Positions 1 through 14,374 of a DNA stretch of 64,000 bases are shown here, piece by piece. The stretch is taken from assembly GCF_009914755.1 (NCBI RefSeq), contig NC_060926.1; one strand, given 5' to 3'. How positions within the stretch are numbered: the stretch's first letter is position 1; each line of letters opens with the position of its first letter. The translations under genes were made by a program, and so were the position numbers. The notes beneath the pieces are model-generated. The model did not search any database. It was not told the origin of the DNA and saw nothing but the letters and a program-made list of their open reading frames with translations. Source of the DNA: the human T2T-CHM13v2.0 reference genome, Homo sapiens.

Positions 1-295
1 CATCCCTGGAGGGTGGCCAATTCAGCCAAAGGAGTGGGACCTCCTGGGGTAGCCTCTGACTCCATGAGGAGGCATCAGACTTGATTATTAGGGAAAGGGA
101 ATCCAAGGCCCTGGCAGGGGAGTGGCCTGGAGGGGACACTCTCTAAAGACTGCTTCTAAAGACCACGTCTTCTCATGACTTCCCATGGATTCACGTGGAT
201 GCCCTCAAATCGATTTTCTTTCCTTCACAGAGGGGAGAAGAGAGCTGACCCCTTAGACTGCATTTTCATTTTTCCTGATCCCTTATACAGAATGC

Positions 296-374
296 ATTTT
301 CTTTCTTTCTCTTGCTTTCTTTCCTCTCTCTCTCTCCCCTCTCCTCTTCTCCTTCTCTCTCTCTTTTTTTTTTT
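296..374. repeat. CT-rich low-complexity tract (GA-rich in the pre-mRNA)
   Basis: ttttctttctttctcttgctttctttcctctctctctctcccctctcctcttctccttctctctctc followed by a T run. Confidence 0.85.
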
Positions 375-588
375 AAGTGCTTCTCGCAGGCAGAATTCTC
401 ACCAACTATCAGGAAGGAGGCCAGACAGGCTGAGGAAAGAAGAGCGAGCACCAGAAAGCCCCTTCTGAAGCCTTCCAGGGCTGTATGAGGGAGTCACCTC
501 CCTACAGGGTGGAGCGAACACTCATACACGGCTTCGGTGAGTGGCCACTGGGGGGTGAGAACCCCTCCCCGAGCACCCAAGTGCCTAC

Positions 589-807
589 CAGGTCCTCAAT
601 GATCTCCTGAATGCGTTTCTTGGCTGCCTCCACACAGTCCTTGGCGCCCTTGAGGGTGACTTTGTCGCTCTGTGTGCCAGAGCGTGGGAAGCTGACCATC
701 ACCCCGCCATACTCTTCAGCAATCTCCCGCAAGACCTGGCCTCTGCGGATGACGAAGTGGCGGTGGTGCTTGGGGTCCACCAGCATGGAGTCTTCCACCA
801 CATTATC
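589..807 (-). CDS. HDLBP: HDLBP coding exon 17 (DNVVEDSMLVDPKHHRHFVIRRG...IIEDL), KH domain; gene continues beyond window start
   Basis: ctgcag|gataat...gacctg|gtaggc; 219 nt; preceded by an 80-nt intron (808-887). Confidence 0.96.
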
Positions 808-887
808 CTGCAGTGTTAAGAAGAGATGGAAGATAAGCCACCCCATCACGGCCCCAGCAGAGTCGGCCGCCGAGGCCCGCTCCCTAC

Positions 888-1109
888 CAGGTTTTGGATC
901 AAGGCCTCCAGCTCCTTCTGTGCCTCTCGGACGGCGTCCTCCTTTCCAATGATGGTGATCAGGTCCTGGTCCTTGTCCTCAGCCGCAGGGAAGATGACAC
1001 GTGCTCCAGTGCTGTCGCGCACCTTGCGAATTTTGCCGCCCCCCTTGCCGATGAGGAATTTGTGGTATTCTGGCTTGGCGCGGATGTCAACAGTGAAACT
1101 CTTGGTTTG
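888..1109 (-). CDS. HDLBP: HDLBP coding exon 16 (QTKSFTVDIRAKPEYHKFLIGKGG...IQNL), KH domain
   Basis: ctgcag|caaacc...aacctg|gtaggg; 222 nt. Confidence 0.96.
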
Positions 1110-1329
1110 CTGCAGAAACCAATCCCACTGTGTTAGCCTGACACCACGTGCCTGGACCACAGTGAGGAAGACAAGAGGGTCTGTAGGACAGCAAGCTCGG
1201 GCTCCCCTTACATTGTCACCAGTGTCCTGATGTTGCACCAATACCCCCAAAATGGGGCTAGCACACCTCACTGAATAAACAGATGAATACCCAGACTGCA
1301 CACCTACTTCTCTTCCACAACAACCAGAT

Positions 1330-1501
1330 GCTGGTGGGATGAACACACAGGCTTAGAACCCTGGTCCTGCCACTTACAAGCACTGACCAAACTTCTCCAA
1401 GCCATTTTTGATCTGCACAGGGGGAGGTGGGAGCAACGCGCCGGACGATATGTTGGCGGAGTGCACGTCCTGGGGAGCGTGGGGTGTGCCCAGCAGAGCA
1501 G
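1330..1501. repeat. Intronic duplicated segment, copy A (paralog at 3741-3881)
   Basis: 44-bp identical core 1368-1411 = 3778-3821; flanks similar but diverged. Confidence 0.9.
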
Positions 1502-1984
1502 GAAGCAAGCTGCCCAAGAGGTGTGCACCATGCTCCCACTCTTCTACCTGCTTCCAGACCAAGCACACACAAATCTGGGCCAGGCTCCCTTTCTTCCCAC
1601 GAGTGCTACAGATCAGCCTCCACAAAACCAGCCACTCCCCAGGCTCAAGCTCAAGCTCAGAGGGACACAAGCCAACCAAGGCTACAGTTAGAGACCGGTC
1701 CTCAGAGGCCTCGTGTAGTGCGACGCCCTTGTGTGGCAGTAAGAAAACGAGGGTCCTGGAAAGGCCCCGGACACTGCTTGTGGACACCAGTGCTTCTGGC
1801 AGACCCACGCAGGGGCCCCGAGAAGGGCGCTGCTCCACGGGACTCAGGTCCACACGGGGAGCTCTTGCCTTTCTCCGGACCCAAGATCTGGCCCGCAAGC
1901 AAAAATACCAAAGAAAAACATGCTAGCACAAAAATATTAAATAACAACTTTGCTACCTTTTAAGTGCAGGTTTCACCAAATACC

Positions 1985-3210
<1,226 letters not shown>

Positions 3211-3441
3211 CAAAACTAATAAGCCAAAGACCAACTTTTATATATTGCATATGTGAGCGTTTGGACCTGGAAAGGCCCTCCAGTAACAGCAAAAACAAAG
3301 ACGCATAAACAGTACATTATAGAGCTGTTTTCTGACCCGCCACAAAGGAAGGGCATTCAGGGGTTTCCACAGTGAGAAGCGAGAACACTGTACTGAGGAC
3401 CAGGCTTCCTGCCAAGAGTCACGCTCCCTCCCCATGCTCAC

Positions 3442-3660
3442 CTTCTCCTCCGCCAGATGCAGGAGCTGCTTCTTGGCCTTCTCCACATCCGAGGAAGGGC
3501 CCCTGATAACAACGGTGTCGCTTCCTGAACCTTCCACGGGAAAGTGAATGTGGACCCCGCCGCACTCCTCCATGATGGAGCGGATCAGACGGCCCTTGGT
3601 GCCAATGAGGGAGTTGTGCAGCTTGGCAGGGATGGAGACCTCTACCTCGGCTATGTTGGC
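3442..3660 (-). CDS. HDLBP: HDLBP coding exon 15 (ANIAEVEVSIPAKLHNSLIGTKG...AEEK), KH domain
   Basis: tttcag|gccaac...gagaag|gtgagc; 219 nt. Confidence 0.96.
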
Positions 3661-3740
3661 CTGAAACCAAACACAGGGCAGGAGGAGGAAGTCACATTTT
3701 TGTGGCAAAAAGGGCAGAGGAAAAGATAAACTATCATCTT

Positions 3741-3881
3741 TGGTGGTGATGAACACGCAGGCCTAGAGCCCTGGAGATGCCACTTACAAGCACTGACCAA
3801 ACTTCTCCAAGCCATTTTTGACCTGCACGGGGGAGGAGAGTGCACGTCCTGGGGAGAGTGGGGTGCGCCCAGCAGAGCAGG
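3741..3881. repeat. Intronic duplicated segment, copy B
   Basis: Matches copy A at an offset of 2410 bp; lacks a ~30-nt insert found in copy A. Confidence 0.9.
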
Positions 3882-4341
3882 CGCGCTGGGAGGTGTTTAA
3901 CTCAACAGGACCCAGAGTCCTCGTGAATCTATGCTGGATTGGGAGGTGGGAGCGTGGTAATTTCAGACCACACATAATGCTCTATTTCTTCAGTCAACGC
4001 TCCGGCTCTGCCAGAGGTGGCTCCATATGCCTATGGATACATAAACTTTTCCTATTAAAACCAAAGATTCTGCTTTCAGCCAAGATGCAGTACCAGGGAC
4101 TGGACTGAACTTACCGCCTAATGGTGACTTTCAAGACCCTGGAGACAGGAAACAAGGTGAGCCCTACAGCTGCCCCAAGTTGCTGCCACAGTACGGGAAG
4201 GTGAGGAAACAGAACCATCCGGAGATCAGAGCCCAAAGAGACTGGCATCGAGAACCTCTGAGATCCGGAGACCAGCCACTCATATACTGATACGCGTGAA
4301 GAAATCACCCTGGGCCTGGGAAAGAATCCCCAGAAGGATCA

Positions 4342-4645
4342 CAGGAAACAGTGCCTGCAGCTCAGCTGGGCCTCATACAGTGCCTTTAGGTCAGTCAGGG
4401 CCGGGTATAGTGGCCTACAGCTCAGACACCAGGAAACAGTGCTTTTAGCTCAGTTGGAGCCTGGTACAGTACCTGCAGCTCAGACACCAGGAAACAGTGC
4501 CTGCAGCTCAGTCGGGGCCTGGTACAGTACCTGCAGCTCAGTCACCAGGAAACAGTGCCTGCAGCTCAGTCGGGGCCTGGTATAGTACCTACAGCTCAGA
4601 CACCAGGAAACAGTGCCTGCAGCTCAGTCGGAGCCTGGTCCAGAA
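4342..4645. repeat. Minisatellite with a 58-bp dimeric unit, about 5 copies
   Basis: caggaaacagtg recurs at 4430, 4488, 4546, 4604 (period 58); each unit has two cagtRcctgcagctcag subunits. Confidence 0.9.
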
Positions 4646-6162
4646 CCGTCCTCAGCAGTTTCAACTTTCTGGGACGTGGAGTACTCAGAAGGATCTTATC
4701 TCAGCAGTGGAAATATTTGGGCCTGAACTAAATACTGCTCTGATCCTCCCTAATAAACGTTAAAAGCAAGTCCTAAAAGGAGCAAAATGTTTCAGAGTGA
4801 CTTCACAAACACAAAATAATATTCAGAGGAATACAAAAACACCCTCATTAAGAAACACCAGAAATGCAAAGAATAGGGGGAAAACCCATAACGAGGAAAA
4901 GAAAATAGAAAACCACCCAGAAATGACAGTGTTAGAATCAGCCAGCCAAGGACAGAAAAACAGGTATTTAACTGTATTGTCTATGGCCAAAAGCAGAAAG
5001 ACTGAACATGTTAAGAACTGAAAATACAGAAGATACTAATTCAGAGTGAACTTCTAGGGAAGAAAACAACATCTAAAATGAAAATGATATTAGATGAAAT
5101 GAGGCAGATTAGAACACTGCAAAGAATTAATGAATTTAAAGAAACTCATGGAGAAAACCAATATCGCTCCTCCCCTCAACTCAAATAAACAGAGCACAAG
5201 TAGAAGACAACTAAATACCCTGGTCACCAGAGTCCCTGACGGGGAGACAGCAAGGGGCTAACACAACAAAATGCTCATAGTGACCAAAAATTGTCCACAT
5301 TTGATGAAATTCTGAACACATATATTCAAGAAGCTCAATAAACACCAAGCTAAGAGACATGAAGAAAACTACACAGAGACACATCCTAACTTGCTCAGAG
5401 ACGGTGGTAAAACCCTAACAGCAGCCAGAGGGAGAAGGTTTGTCATGGACAGAGGAACAAAGCCAGGGGCACCATCAGCTTTCTCATCAGAAACAACAGG
5501 AGACGGCAATGAAGCCAAGTCTGGAAAGGAAAAAAACTGCCAACCTAGAAACCTTTATGCAGCAGAAACAGCTTTTCGAAAGTGAAGGAAAAAAATACTT
5601 GCAGACATACAGAATGTGAAAGAAGTCATTACCGGATACACACTACGAGAGATGTTGAGTGGTTTCCTTCAGACAGAAGGAAAATGAAGACAAGGATCAC
5701 GCCAAGAAATGAAGAGCTCTAGAAATGGCAACTGTGTGGATAAATACATACATTTTTTCATATTATTTAAATCTCTTTAAAAAATAATGGAATTTTTTTT
5801 AAAGGTTAATAATGTAAATGGTGGACTGAAAGCCAATCATATAAAATCATGACATCATGGTGGCTGAGCACGTGGGGATGGTGGTAGTTGCTGTTTAATG
5901 GGTGTAGTTTCTGTGTAAGATGATGGAAATGCTCTGAAAATGGACAGGGTGATGGTTGCACAACCTTGTGAATGTACTCAGTTGAATTAACCATTAAAAA
6001 ACGATTAAAATGATACATTCTGCTATGTATATTTTACCACAATTGAGGAAAAAAATTACAGTAAGTTATTTAACCGCGTTTGTTAAACATATGTAATAAA
6101 TATAAATATGTGATATATAACATATATAATCACAACTGTAATTAAATGCAAACATCATAATC

Positions 6163-6435
6163 TTTTTTCTTTTTTTTTTTTTTGAGACAAGGTCTGGCTC
6201 TATGGCCCAGGCTGGAGTGCAGCAGCGCAATCTCAGCTCACTGCAACCTCCACCTCCCAGGCTCAAGCCATCCTCTCACCTCAACCTCCTGAGTGGCTGA
6301 GACTACAAGCATGCAGCACCATTACTGGCTAATTCTTTTTGTAGTTTTAGTAGTGACGGGGTTTTGCCCAGGCTGGTCTTGAACTTGTGAGCTCAAGTGA
6401 TCCGCCCACCTGAGCCTCCCAAAGTGCTGGGATTA
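6163..6435 (-). mobile_element. Alu (AluJ-like)
   Basis: T tract followed by gagacaagg...gcccaggctggagtgc...cctcccaaagtgctgggatta. Confidence 0.88.
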
Positions 6436-6500
6436 GTAGATAGATTTAATTTAAAAAGCAAGCTGCCAAAAAGAAACTCACTTTAGTATCATATAAAGGA

Positions 6501-6789
<289 letters not shown>

Positions 6790-7733
6790 TTTTAAATATA
6801 AGGGGGAAAAAAATAACATAGACTTTGGAGCCAAGCATACTACCAGGGAAAAGGCATCATTTTATAATGGCACAGATCACATATACTGTGAAAGAGAGGT
6901 GACGTCAGTATTGACAGCAAAAGGATAATGCAGGACTATTCTAAAAAACTTCATGTTAATACATTTGACACCTTGGAGAAAATAGAAAACCCCTTGAAAG
7001 ACACTAATTACCAAGTACACACAAAGAAACAGATGATCTATCCCTACAGTGCAATATTATCCTGAAATAAAAAAGAACAAACCAACAATACAGGTGACAA
7101 CACACACAAATGTCAAAATATCCTGCAAAGTGAAAGCAGATGGGCCCAATAAAGAGTAGATGTTATGATTCCATTCACACAAAAGCGTAGACAATCCAAA
7201 AGCATCTACTGTGGCCGAAAGCAGACTGGGGGTTGCCTGGGGATAGAAGTGGGGGTGGGGGGAGTGTGGTTTTCAGGAGCTGCCAAGTGGGATGGAGGGA
7301 GACTGTAATACAAAATGGCATGGGACATTTTTGGGGTGATGGTGGGAATGATTCCATGGATGTATACACACGTCAAAACTATTACACTGTACACTGTAAA
7401 TATGTACAATTTACTGCATGTCAATTTTTTTTAAAGGAAAGAAAATACCGTAAATACCTTCAGATAAGATTTTCAGGTAACAAGAAGAAAATGTCTAATA
7501 AGACAAGTGCCCACGTCAAATGTTACTGCTGCAGGGTCCAGGTAAGTAAGTATCGTGAGAGACAAAGGCAGAAAACTGCTGACCAACTCATCAGTAGCCT
7601 GGATTGAAAGGTGCAATCTTCCACATCAGCCTGCGCTGGCCCAATGACCCTGCGTGACTCAACCCCAGGCTCAATCTTAGAGGCTGTTAGAGATTTTACT
7701 GGAGGATCTCCATTAGAAAACATCTCCCATTAC

Positions 7734-7865
7734 CAGGTCTTTCTGAATAGACAGAATCCTGCTCCGGGCAGCTTCGCAGTTGGCTCGCTTGCCTGTGATG
7801 ATAATGGTCTCTGAATTGCTATTCTCTGCTGGAAGGTCGATTTTGGTGTTGCTTTCTTCACGAAT
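7734..7865 (-). CDS. HDLBP: HDLBP coding exon 14 (IREESNTKIDLP...IQKDL)
   Basis: ctgtag|attcgt...gacctg|gtaatg; 132 nt. Confidence 0.95.
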
Positions 7866-8037
7866 CTACAGGGAGAGAGATCACCATGAGAAGCTGACTA
7901 GAGCTCTCCCAGAGTTGAGACACAGTTGAGCACAGGGCTAGAAGTAAGGAAGAGTCCCTCCTAGTCTAAAACCAAAATGGTGCAGGGCTACAGAGGACAA
8001 GGCAAGAAGAAGCAAGATGCAGCGGACAAGTTATCAC

Positions 8038-8124
8038 CTTTTTAATGTTTGCGCCTCCTTTCCCAATGATATTCTTGTGAAACTGTTTGAAGATCGGAAC
8101 AGAAATTGAATAGCTATTTTCCAC
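8038..8124 (-). CDS. HDLBP: HDLBP coding exon 13 (VENSYSISVPIFKQFHKNIIGKGGANIKK)
   Basis: tttaag|gtggaa...aaaaag|gtgata; 87 nt. Confidence 0.95.
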
Positions 8125-8984
8125 CTTAAAGACAAAAAACACAGCCCGATTCACCACCTGTGCTAGAGAGTAAAATACAGTATCCCTTCTACCCCTAAGG
8201 GTAGCATGAACACGACAGAGCACTGGTATTTGCAAACAAACCTTCAGAGGTTTGTCATGAGGGTAAGTGAGATAGATCATTTGTCCAACAACTAACTTAC
8301 GTTGCAAATTACAGTCAATCGATGCAAGTCTACTTTTTGGCTAAGAGAGAGTTCATGTCCCATGCCAGGATCAGAGCTGGTTAAGGAAGGGGCTCAGAAC
8401 ACACATGGAGACAGCACGGACCCCTACGCTCTGGGCAATTCTGCACTCACGGCAGTGATGTGACAGCAGCTCACAGTGCTGGAGTCCTTCACCATCGCCT
8501 CTCCCAGGGCAGCCATCAGCTAAGGTGAAGCCCACGGAAATACATGGCTGCCTGTGGCCTTCTCATCCACTACTCACTACACTTTCTAAACCTGTTCCCA
8601 CGTCAGTTTTTGAGAAAAATAATAAATCAGTATATGACTCCTCATGTCACCTGTTATACCTCTTATCTTACTGGATGGGACAATTTCTCTAAGTATCTGA
8701 AGACTCCTCAAGGAAACAAGGTAACTGGGCATGAGAAAAGGCAAATCTCCCCACCTGAATTCCACAAACACTGCAGTCTTAACAATGACTGCCAATCTAA
8801 ACATCCAGGTATTAAGTGAGAAGCCGTCACCACTTTGTCCCAAGTCCCTGAGATGGAAGGCCAGCCCAGGGCCTATGTGCTTTCCCCAGAGCAGGGGTCC
8901 TGTGGGGGTCAGGACTTCTGACAGGACGCATGCCCCACCCACCCCAGGTGCTGTCATACAAGAAAGGATGTGAAACACCCCTAC

Positions 8985-9098
8985 CAGATCTGCCACCATC
9001 TTCTGCATGTATTTTGTGCATTTTTCCACCTCATTCTTAGGTCCTCTGAGCTGGACAATGTCACTTTTTTGTGCTGGGTCTGGAAAGTTAATGATGAC
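8985..9098 (-). CDS. HDLBP: HDLBP coding exon 12 (VIINFPDPAQK...MVADL)
   Basis: ttctag|gtcatc...gatctg|gtaggg; 114 nt. Confidence 0.95.
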
Positions 9099-9225
9099 CT
9101 AGAACAAATCATGGGGAGACTAAGTTCAAGTATGAGGAAGGACATATATCCCAAATATCAAATATTCCTGAAGTGTGACTTGGATCACTCCTATAGAGTT
9201 ACAGAATGTCTCTGGGAAACTTTAC

Positions 9226-9330
9226 CTCTGGGAATTTGTCACGAATTTCACGGATCCGTTCACCCTTCTGCCCAATGATTGTGCGATGAAATCTTTGCTC
9301 AATGATTAGATCCTTGGTACGCTCATTTTC
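9226..9330 (-). CDS. HDLBP: HDLBP coding exon 11 (ENERTKDLIIEQRFHRTIIGQKG...KFPE)
   Basis: ttttag|gaaaat...ccagag|gtaaag; 105 nt. Confidence 0.95.
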
Positions 9331-10822
9331 CTAAAAATACAATTAAAGTAGATGTCATTTATCACAAGCACGGCGAGCAACTCCCCACTGACACAAGGGG
9401 ACACCAGGGAGCCCTGGGCACAGTCCTTCATGGAGCAGGTGAGGTGGTCTCCAGGTGGCACCTCGTAGCACCCCGGGAGCAACCAGCTGTTAAGAGTGTG
9501 CACAGCGCATAATGAGTGCTCTCACCAAGCATCGCTACACTCCGCAACATGGGCTGCACGTCACTTTCCTGAACAAAGTCCAATTAAGGAACTCGCTGTA
9601 GGACCCTTCAACCAAAAGTGCTATCATGATAGCAGTAATCACCAAAGCAATTCAGTGAGCACTTCTGTTTTAACAGGTACTACAGGGGAGGCCCAGCTCT
9701 TCTACTTGGAGGCCTGGCATTCTGCATAGCAGTGAGTGATCCCTTCTGAACAGAGGGTGGCTCGGACCACTTTCCCCGCATGGCTAAGAACGTTCAACAC
9801 AGGGCACTGAACCCACATGGCTCTCAACTCCTCCACAGGCCCCATTAAAATGTCAGAAGAAATACAGAATAAGCAGAGCTGGAATTCAGGGAAGAACACC
9901 AACAGCCAACCAAACATTTCCAAGAATTCTGAGAGATTCTGGATCAAACGGCTATTGGCTGACAGAGAAGTAAGGGCTCAGCAATCAGGAAGGGCATAAA
10001 GCAGCCAGGACAAGGGACCTGGGCTGGAGGCCAGGCTAAGAGGAGAACCTGGAATATGAGACTGGGGAATGAGCTCCGGGAAGGCCACAAGCAGTGGGAG
10101 GCTGCATCACGCCCTGGAATGCAGCTCAGGGCTATAAAAGAGGTCTGCCAATTTGAGATTCCTCGTGTGGGTACTGGGGTGAGGTGAACAAAGAATCCCC
10201 TAAGCGAATGACAGGGAACCCTGGGGCTTGTTCCTCACACAGTCAGGCCAAAGTGCTGCTGCAGGCACTCACGCAGTATTTGACTTCTCTGGATACTTAA
10301 AGGCACCCAGAGACTTTCAAGTGTGGGTATCTGACTCACAGAAGCAAGGGTGCTCACAGCTTGGCATAAGCATGTATGAAACGTCGGGGAGCCCAGAGCA
10401 GTGCAGTGCTTCTGCCAGGTGGTAGAGAGCAACAGCCCCCACTTCAGGTTTGCAGTGATCCTCGAGTCTGGCCTTACATGAGAACCACCTGGGATGCCTT
10501 TGAGAATCCAGAAATGTCTGTCACAATCTCTGGAGATGGTACCCAGGCATCTGGGCACCCAGGGTGTGGCCAAGGCCAAGACGCTGCCACACAGTCTCTG
10601 TGCCCTTCTAGCACAGCACACAGCCATGGAGAACAAGACGTGCAGGTGACCTGGGGAGGATAAAGGAAATGTGGCCCCAGGGAGTCCAATCCGGTTCCAG
10701 TGCAACGTGGGATTTGTCGACTTCCATTCTCTAAGGCCGCACACCACAACACGCTACTCCTTAGAGGGGGCCAAGAGACGCAAGGCCAGTGCCTTTCTAG
10801 AGGGCCCAGCCATGGCACTTAC

Positions 10823-10962
10823 CATGCGAGATGCAAGCTCCAGCAGCTCTCGCTTGGCCTGCTGCACGCCCTGTGGGTCCCCCTCGATGCGGATCAAATT
10901 GCTCTTCTCACTGTCAGGAGGGATGCGCACGGACACCTTGTACTGGTCTTTGATTCTGTTTA
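10823..10962 (-). CDS. HDLBP: HDLBP coding exon 10 (INRIKDQYKVSVRIPP...ASRM)
   Basis: ttcctaag|taaac...cgcatg|gtaagt; 140 nt, restores phase 0. Confidence 0.95.
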
Positions 10963-11963
10963 CTTAGGAACACAAAAGGAAACACATTTAGGACACAGAC
11001 CAACAACATTCTGCCAATGACATAACTGGGCAGGACAGCGCTAAAGCGCTAAATAACCTTATCTGTGATTCCCATCACCAAAAACGATGCTTAGCTTCCC
11101 AAACAAAAATCTCCATTGTCTAGAATGGGGGCCAGTTATGATCTTCACCTGGATCACAAGGGTTCTGGAGGACAGGCTCTCAGCCTGGACCAGAAGCTGG
11201 AAATGCCCCGAGACCTTCAAATAACTGACGGTTGGGGCCACTCAGTCTGGGATTTAGCTCGTCTGGGGTATTGGCCAGGGCTTCAGAATAGTTGAAGGAT
11301 TCCAGGTGTTTCTAATGTGCAGTAAGTTTGGGAACTACTATTCTCAAGTTAAAAAAACCACACACATTAACTCCACACAAAAGCACTCACTGACGCCTAA
11401 GAGCCTTGTGGGGCCCATGCTGCTGCCCAGAGACCCCATCTACTGTTGGCTCAGATTCACACTGAGCACTTCACTGTGTCTGCAAGACAAGTGCTGTTGC
11501 AAACCCTCCTGCTGTCAACCTCTCTGGATAGAACCCAGTACCCCCAAGTTAAGAGTTCCAGGCCCCCCAAACTCTGGAGAAGCCGTATCATCAGGAAACA
11601 AGGCAGGAATCTTGCCCACTGTGCAGTAAAGGGAAGCCCAGCTTGCTGGAAGGACCACGAGGAGGGCTTTTTGTGGGTCCATCCCAAACACATGCACACG
11701 CAGAGGCAGCAACGAGGCGATGCACTGAGGGGGGAACATGGACATGCAGCTGTGCCAGGTGGAGCAACACAAGACAAGAGAAGCAGAGGACATGGGAGCT
11801 GGGCAGCAGGTTTTTTTAGATTACGAAAGAAGACAAGAGTTAGGAACTGCATGAGAAGAAAACAGAACAGACATGACTGACTAAGCTACATTCTGCAATT
11901 TCTCGGGGGCAGAAACCAGAAATTAATGTTAGATTTACACTACTGTACTTCCATATATATGTG

Positions 11964-12240
11964 TTTTGAGACAGGGTCTTGCTCTGTCACCCAGGCTAAA
12001 ATGCAGTGGCACGATACAATCACAGCTCACTGCAGCCTTGACTTCCTGGGCTCAAGTGATATTCCTGCCTCAGCCTCCAGAGCAGCGGGGACCACAGGCC
12101 TGGCTAAATTTTTCTTTTTTGTAGAGACAGGGGTCTCACTATGTTGCCCAGGCTCATCTCGAACTCCTGGGCTCAAGTGATCCTCCTGCCTTGGTCTCCC
12201 AAAATGCTGGGATTACAGGCAAGAGCCACCGTGTCAGGCC
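11964..12240 (-). mobile_element. Alu (AluJ-like)
   Basis: Reverse Alu motifs gagacagggtcttgctctgtcacccagg...gggattacaggc. Confidence 0.87.
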
Positions 12241-12674
12241 TAAACAAACGCTACAGTTAACCAAAACCAAAACAAAACCGTAAAAGCAAGTTTATGGTGT
12301 ATGTGTGGTTCAAGTAGTGCGCAAAAAGGTCACTTTGTGCCTACAGACTCTCGTCGCTGTCACGTAAAATGCCCACAAAACATAAGACTGACACCAGAGA
12401 GCTCACCATTGCACAGGCCACAGCACAGCTGCCAAGGCTATGTTTACTCATAACAAAAACGGATACACGGACGTCAGTCATGTTATGCAGGTCGGTGTCC
12501 CACTACCTGGGAAAGGCTCCTTCATCCACTGAACTATCCAGGAATGGAGGACGTGCTTGCCTTCTCACCTTCCACCCAAAGGTAACACACGCGACGTGTG
12601 CACTTGTTTTCAGAACACGCGAGTGTGTGCGTATAGCCATACAGTTAAACAAAGAGGTGTAAAAAAACATTCTT

Positions 12675-13195
<521 letters not shown>

Positions 13196-13202
13196 TCCCC
13201 CT

Positions 13203-13525
<323 letters not shown>

Positions 13526-13938
13526 CTAGAATGTTTTTACTCTTCAATGAGTTCCAGATCAGCAGTTTCCACGTTCAGAAGGCATGAGTACTACCAACAC
13601 TGATTGGCTAACCTAGCAGGTCTGACGGAAATATAGAGAATGCTGCCCTTGGGCATGCCTTCAACATGGCCTCTGTGGGTTATTTGGGGAGGGCTTAGAT
13701 GGATTTCCAAAAGTGACAATTCACCCACTGGCCAAGCAGCTCTAATCCAACCACTGCACCAAAGGGAAAAGGAAAAGTGGCCTCTTCCAGCAGGCAGGAG
13801 GATGTAAAGTCTGTAACTCCCATTACAGGCAGCAATGGGCCTGGACTGTCTGCACGGACGTCACAGTTCTCACAGCTGACACCCCCCACAAGGGTCTCAG
13901 GGCACACTGGCCCCACCGCAACAGACAGCCTCACTCAC

Positions 13939-14017
13939 TGTTGGCACCGCTCTTCCCAATGAGGTGCCTGTGGAACTTGTGGTCGATGTTGATCTCCACA
14001 TAGTCCATCCGGTTAAT
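13939..14017 (-). CDS. HDLBP: HDLBP coding exon 9 (INRMDYVEINIDHKFHRHLIGKSGAN)
   Basis: ctgcag|attaac...gccaaca|gtgagt; 79 nt, ends in phase 1. Confidence 0.95.
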
Positions 14018-14374
14018 CTGCAGGAGGAGCACAGAGGTCCATGGATGCGCCTGGTTACTTGGCCAATGAGCTGAACCAAAACCCAGCAGTCTCCACGGTT
14101 GCCTTTTCTGACCACTCAGCTGTCAGGAATTGTTGGAGACTGCCCCTGCATCTCCCCTGAAAGATGCCTTCTTCAAGATGAAGTTTCCTCCACCCACGAT
14201 TATTCCAGGACTTCGACCAGCTTCTGGTTGTTTCAGAACCTATTACTCACCCAGCTAGGATGCCCTGGGTGTCTGTGCCCGGACATGTGGGATGTCATCG
14301 AGAGATGACCGCCCATGCCCAACTCAGAGCCTCCCTTGTCACCAGCACACACAACATTCCAAGGGGTACCTTAC

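Noticed and set aside
3746-3796. Box C (GTGATGA) and box D (CTGA) suggesting a C/D snoRNA in duplicated copy B
   Set aside because: On the strand antisense to the host gene, box C not preserved in copy A, and no clear terminal stem.
4342-4645. Regularly spaced repeats superficially like a CRISPR array
   Set aside because: Eukaryotic intron, the inter-repeat segments are themselves repeated, and no cas genes; it is a minisatellite.
6900-6907. Perfect CRE palindrome TGACGTCA
   Set aside because: Single site inside a decayed L1 with no supporting context.
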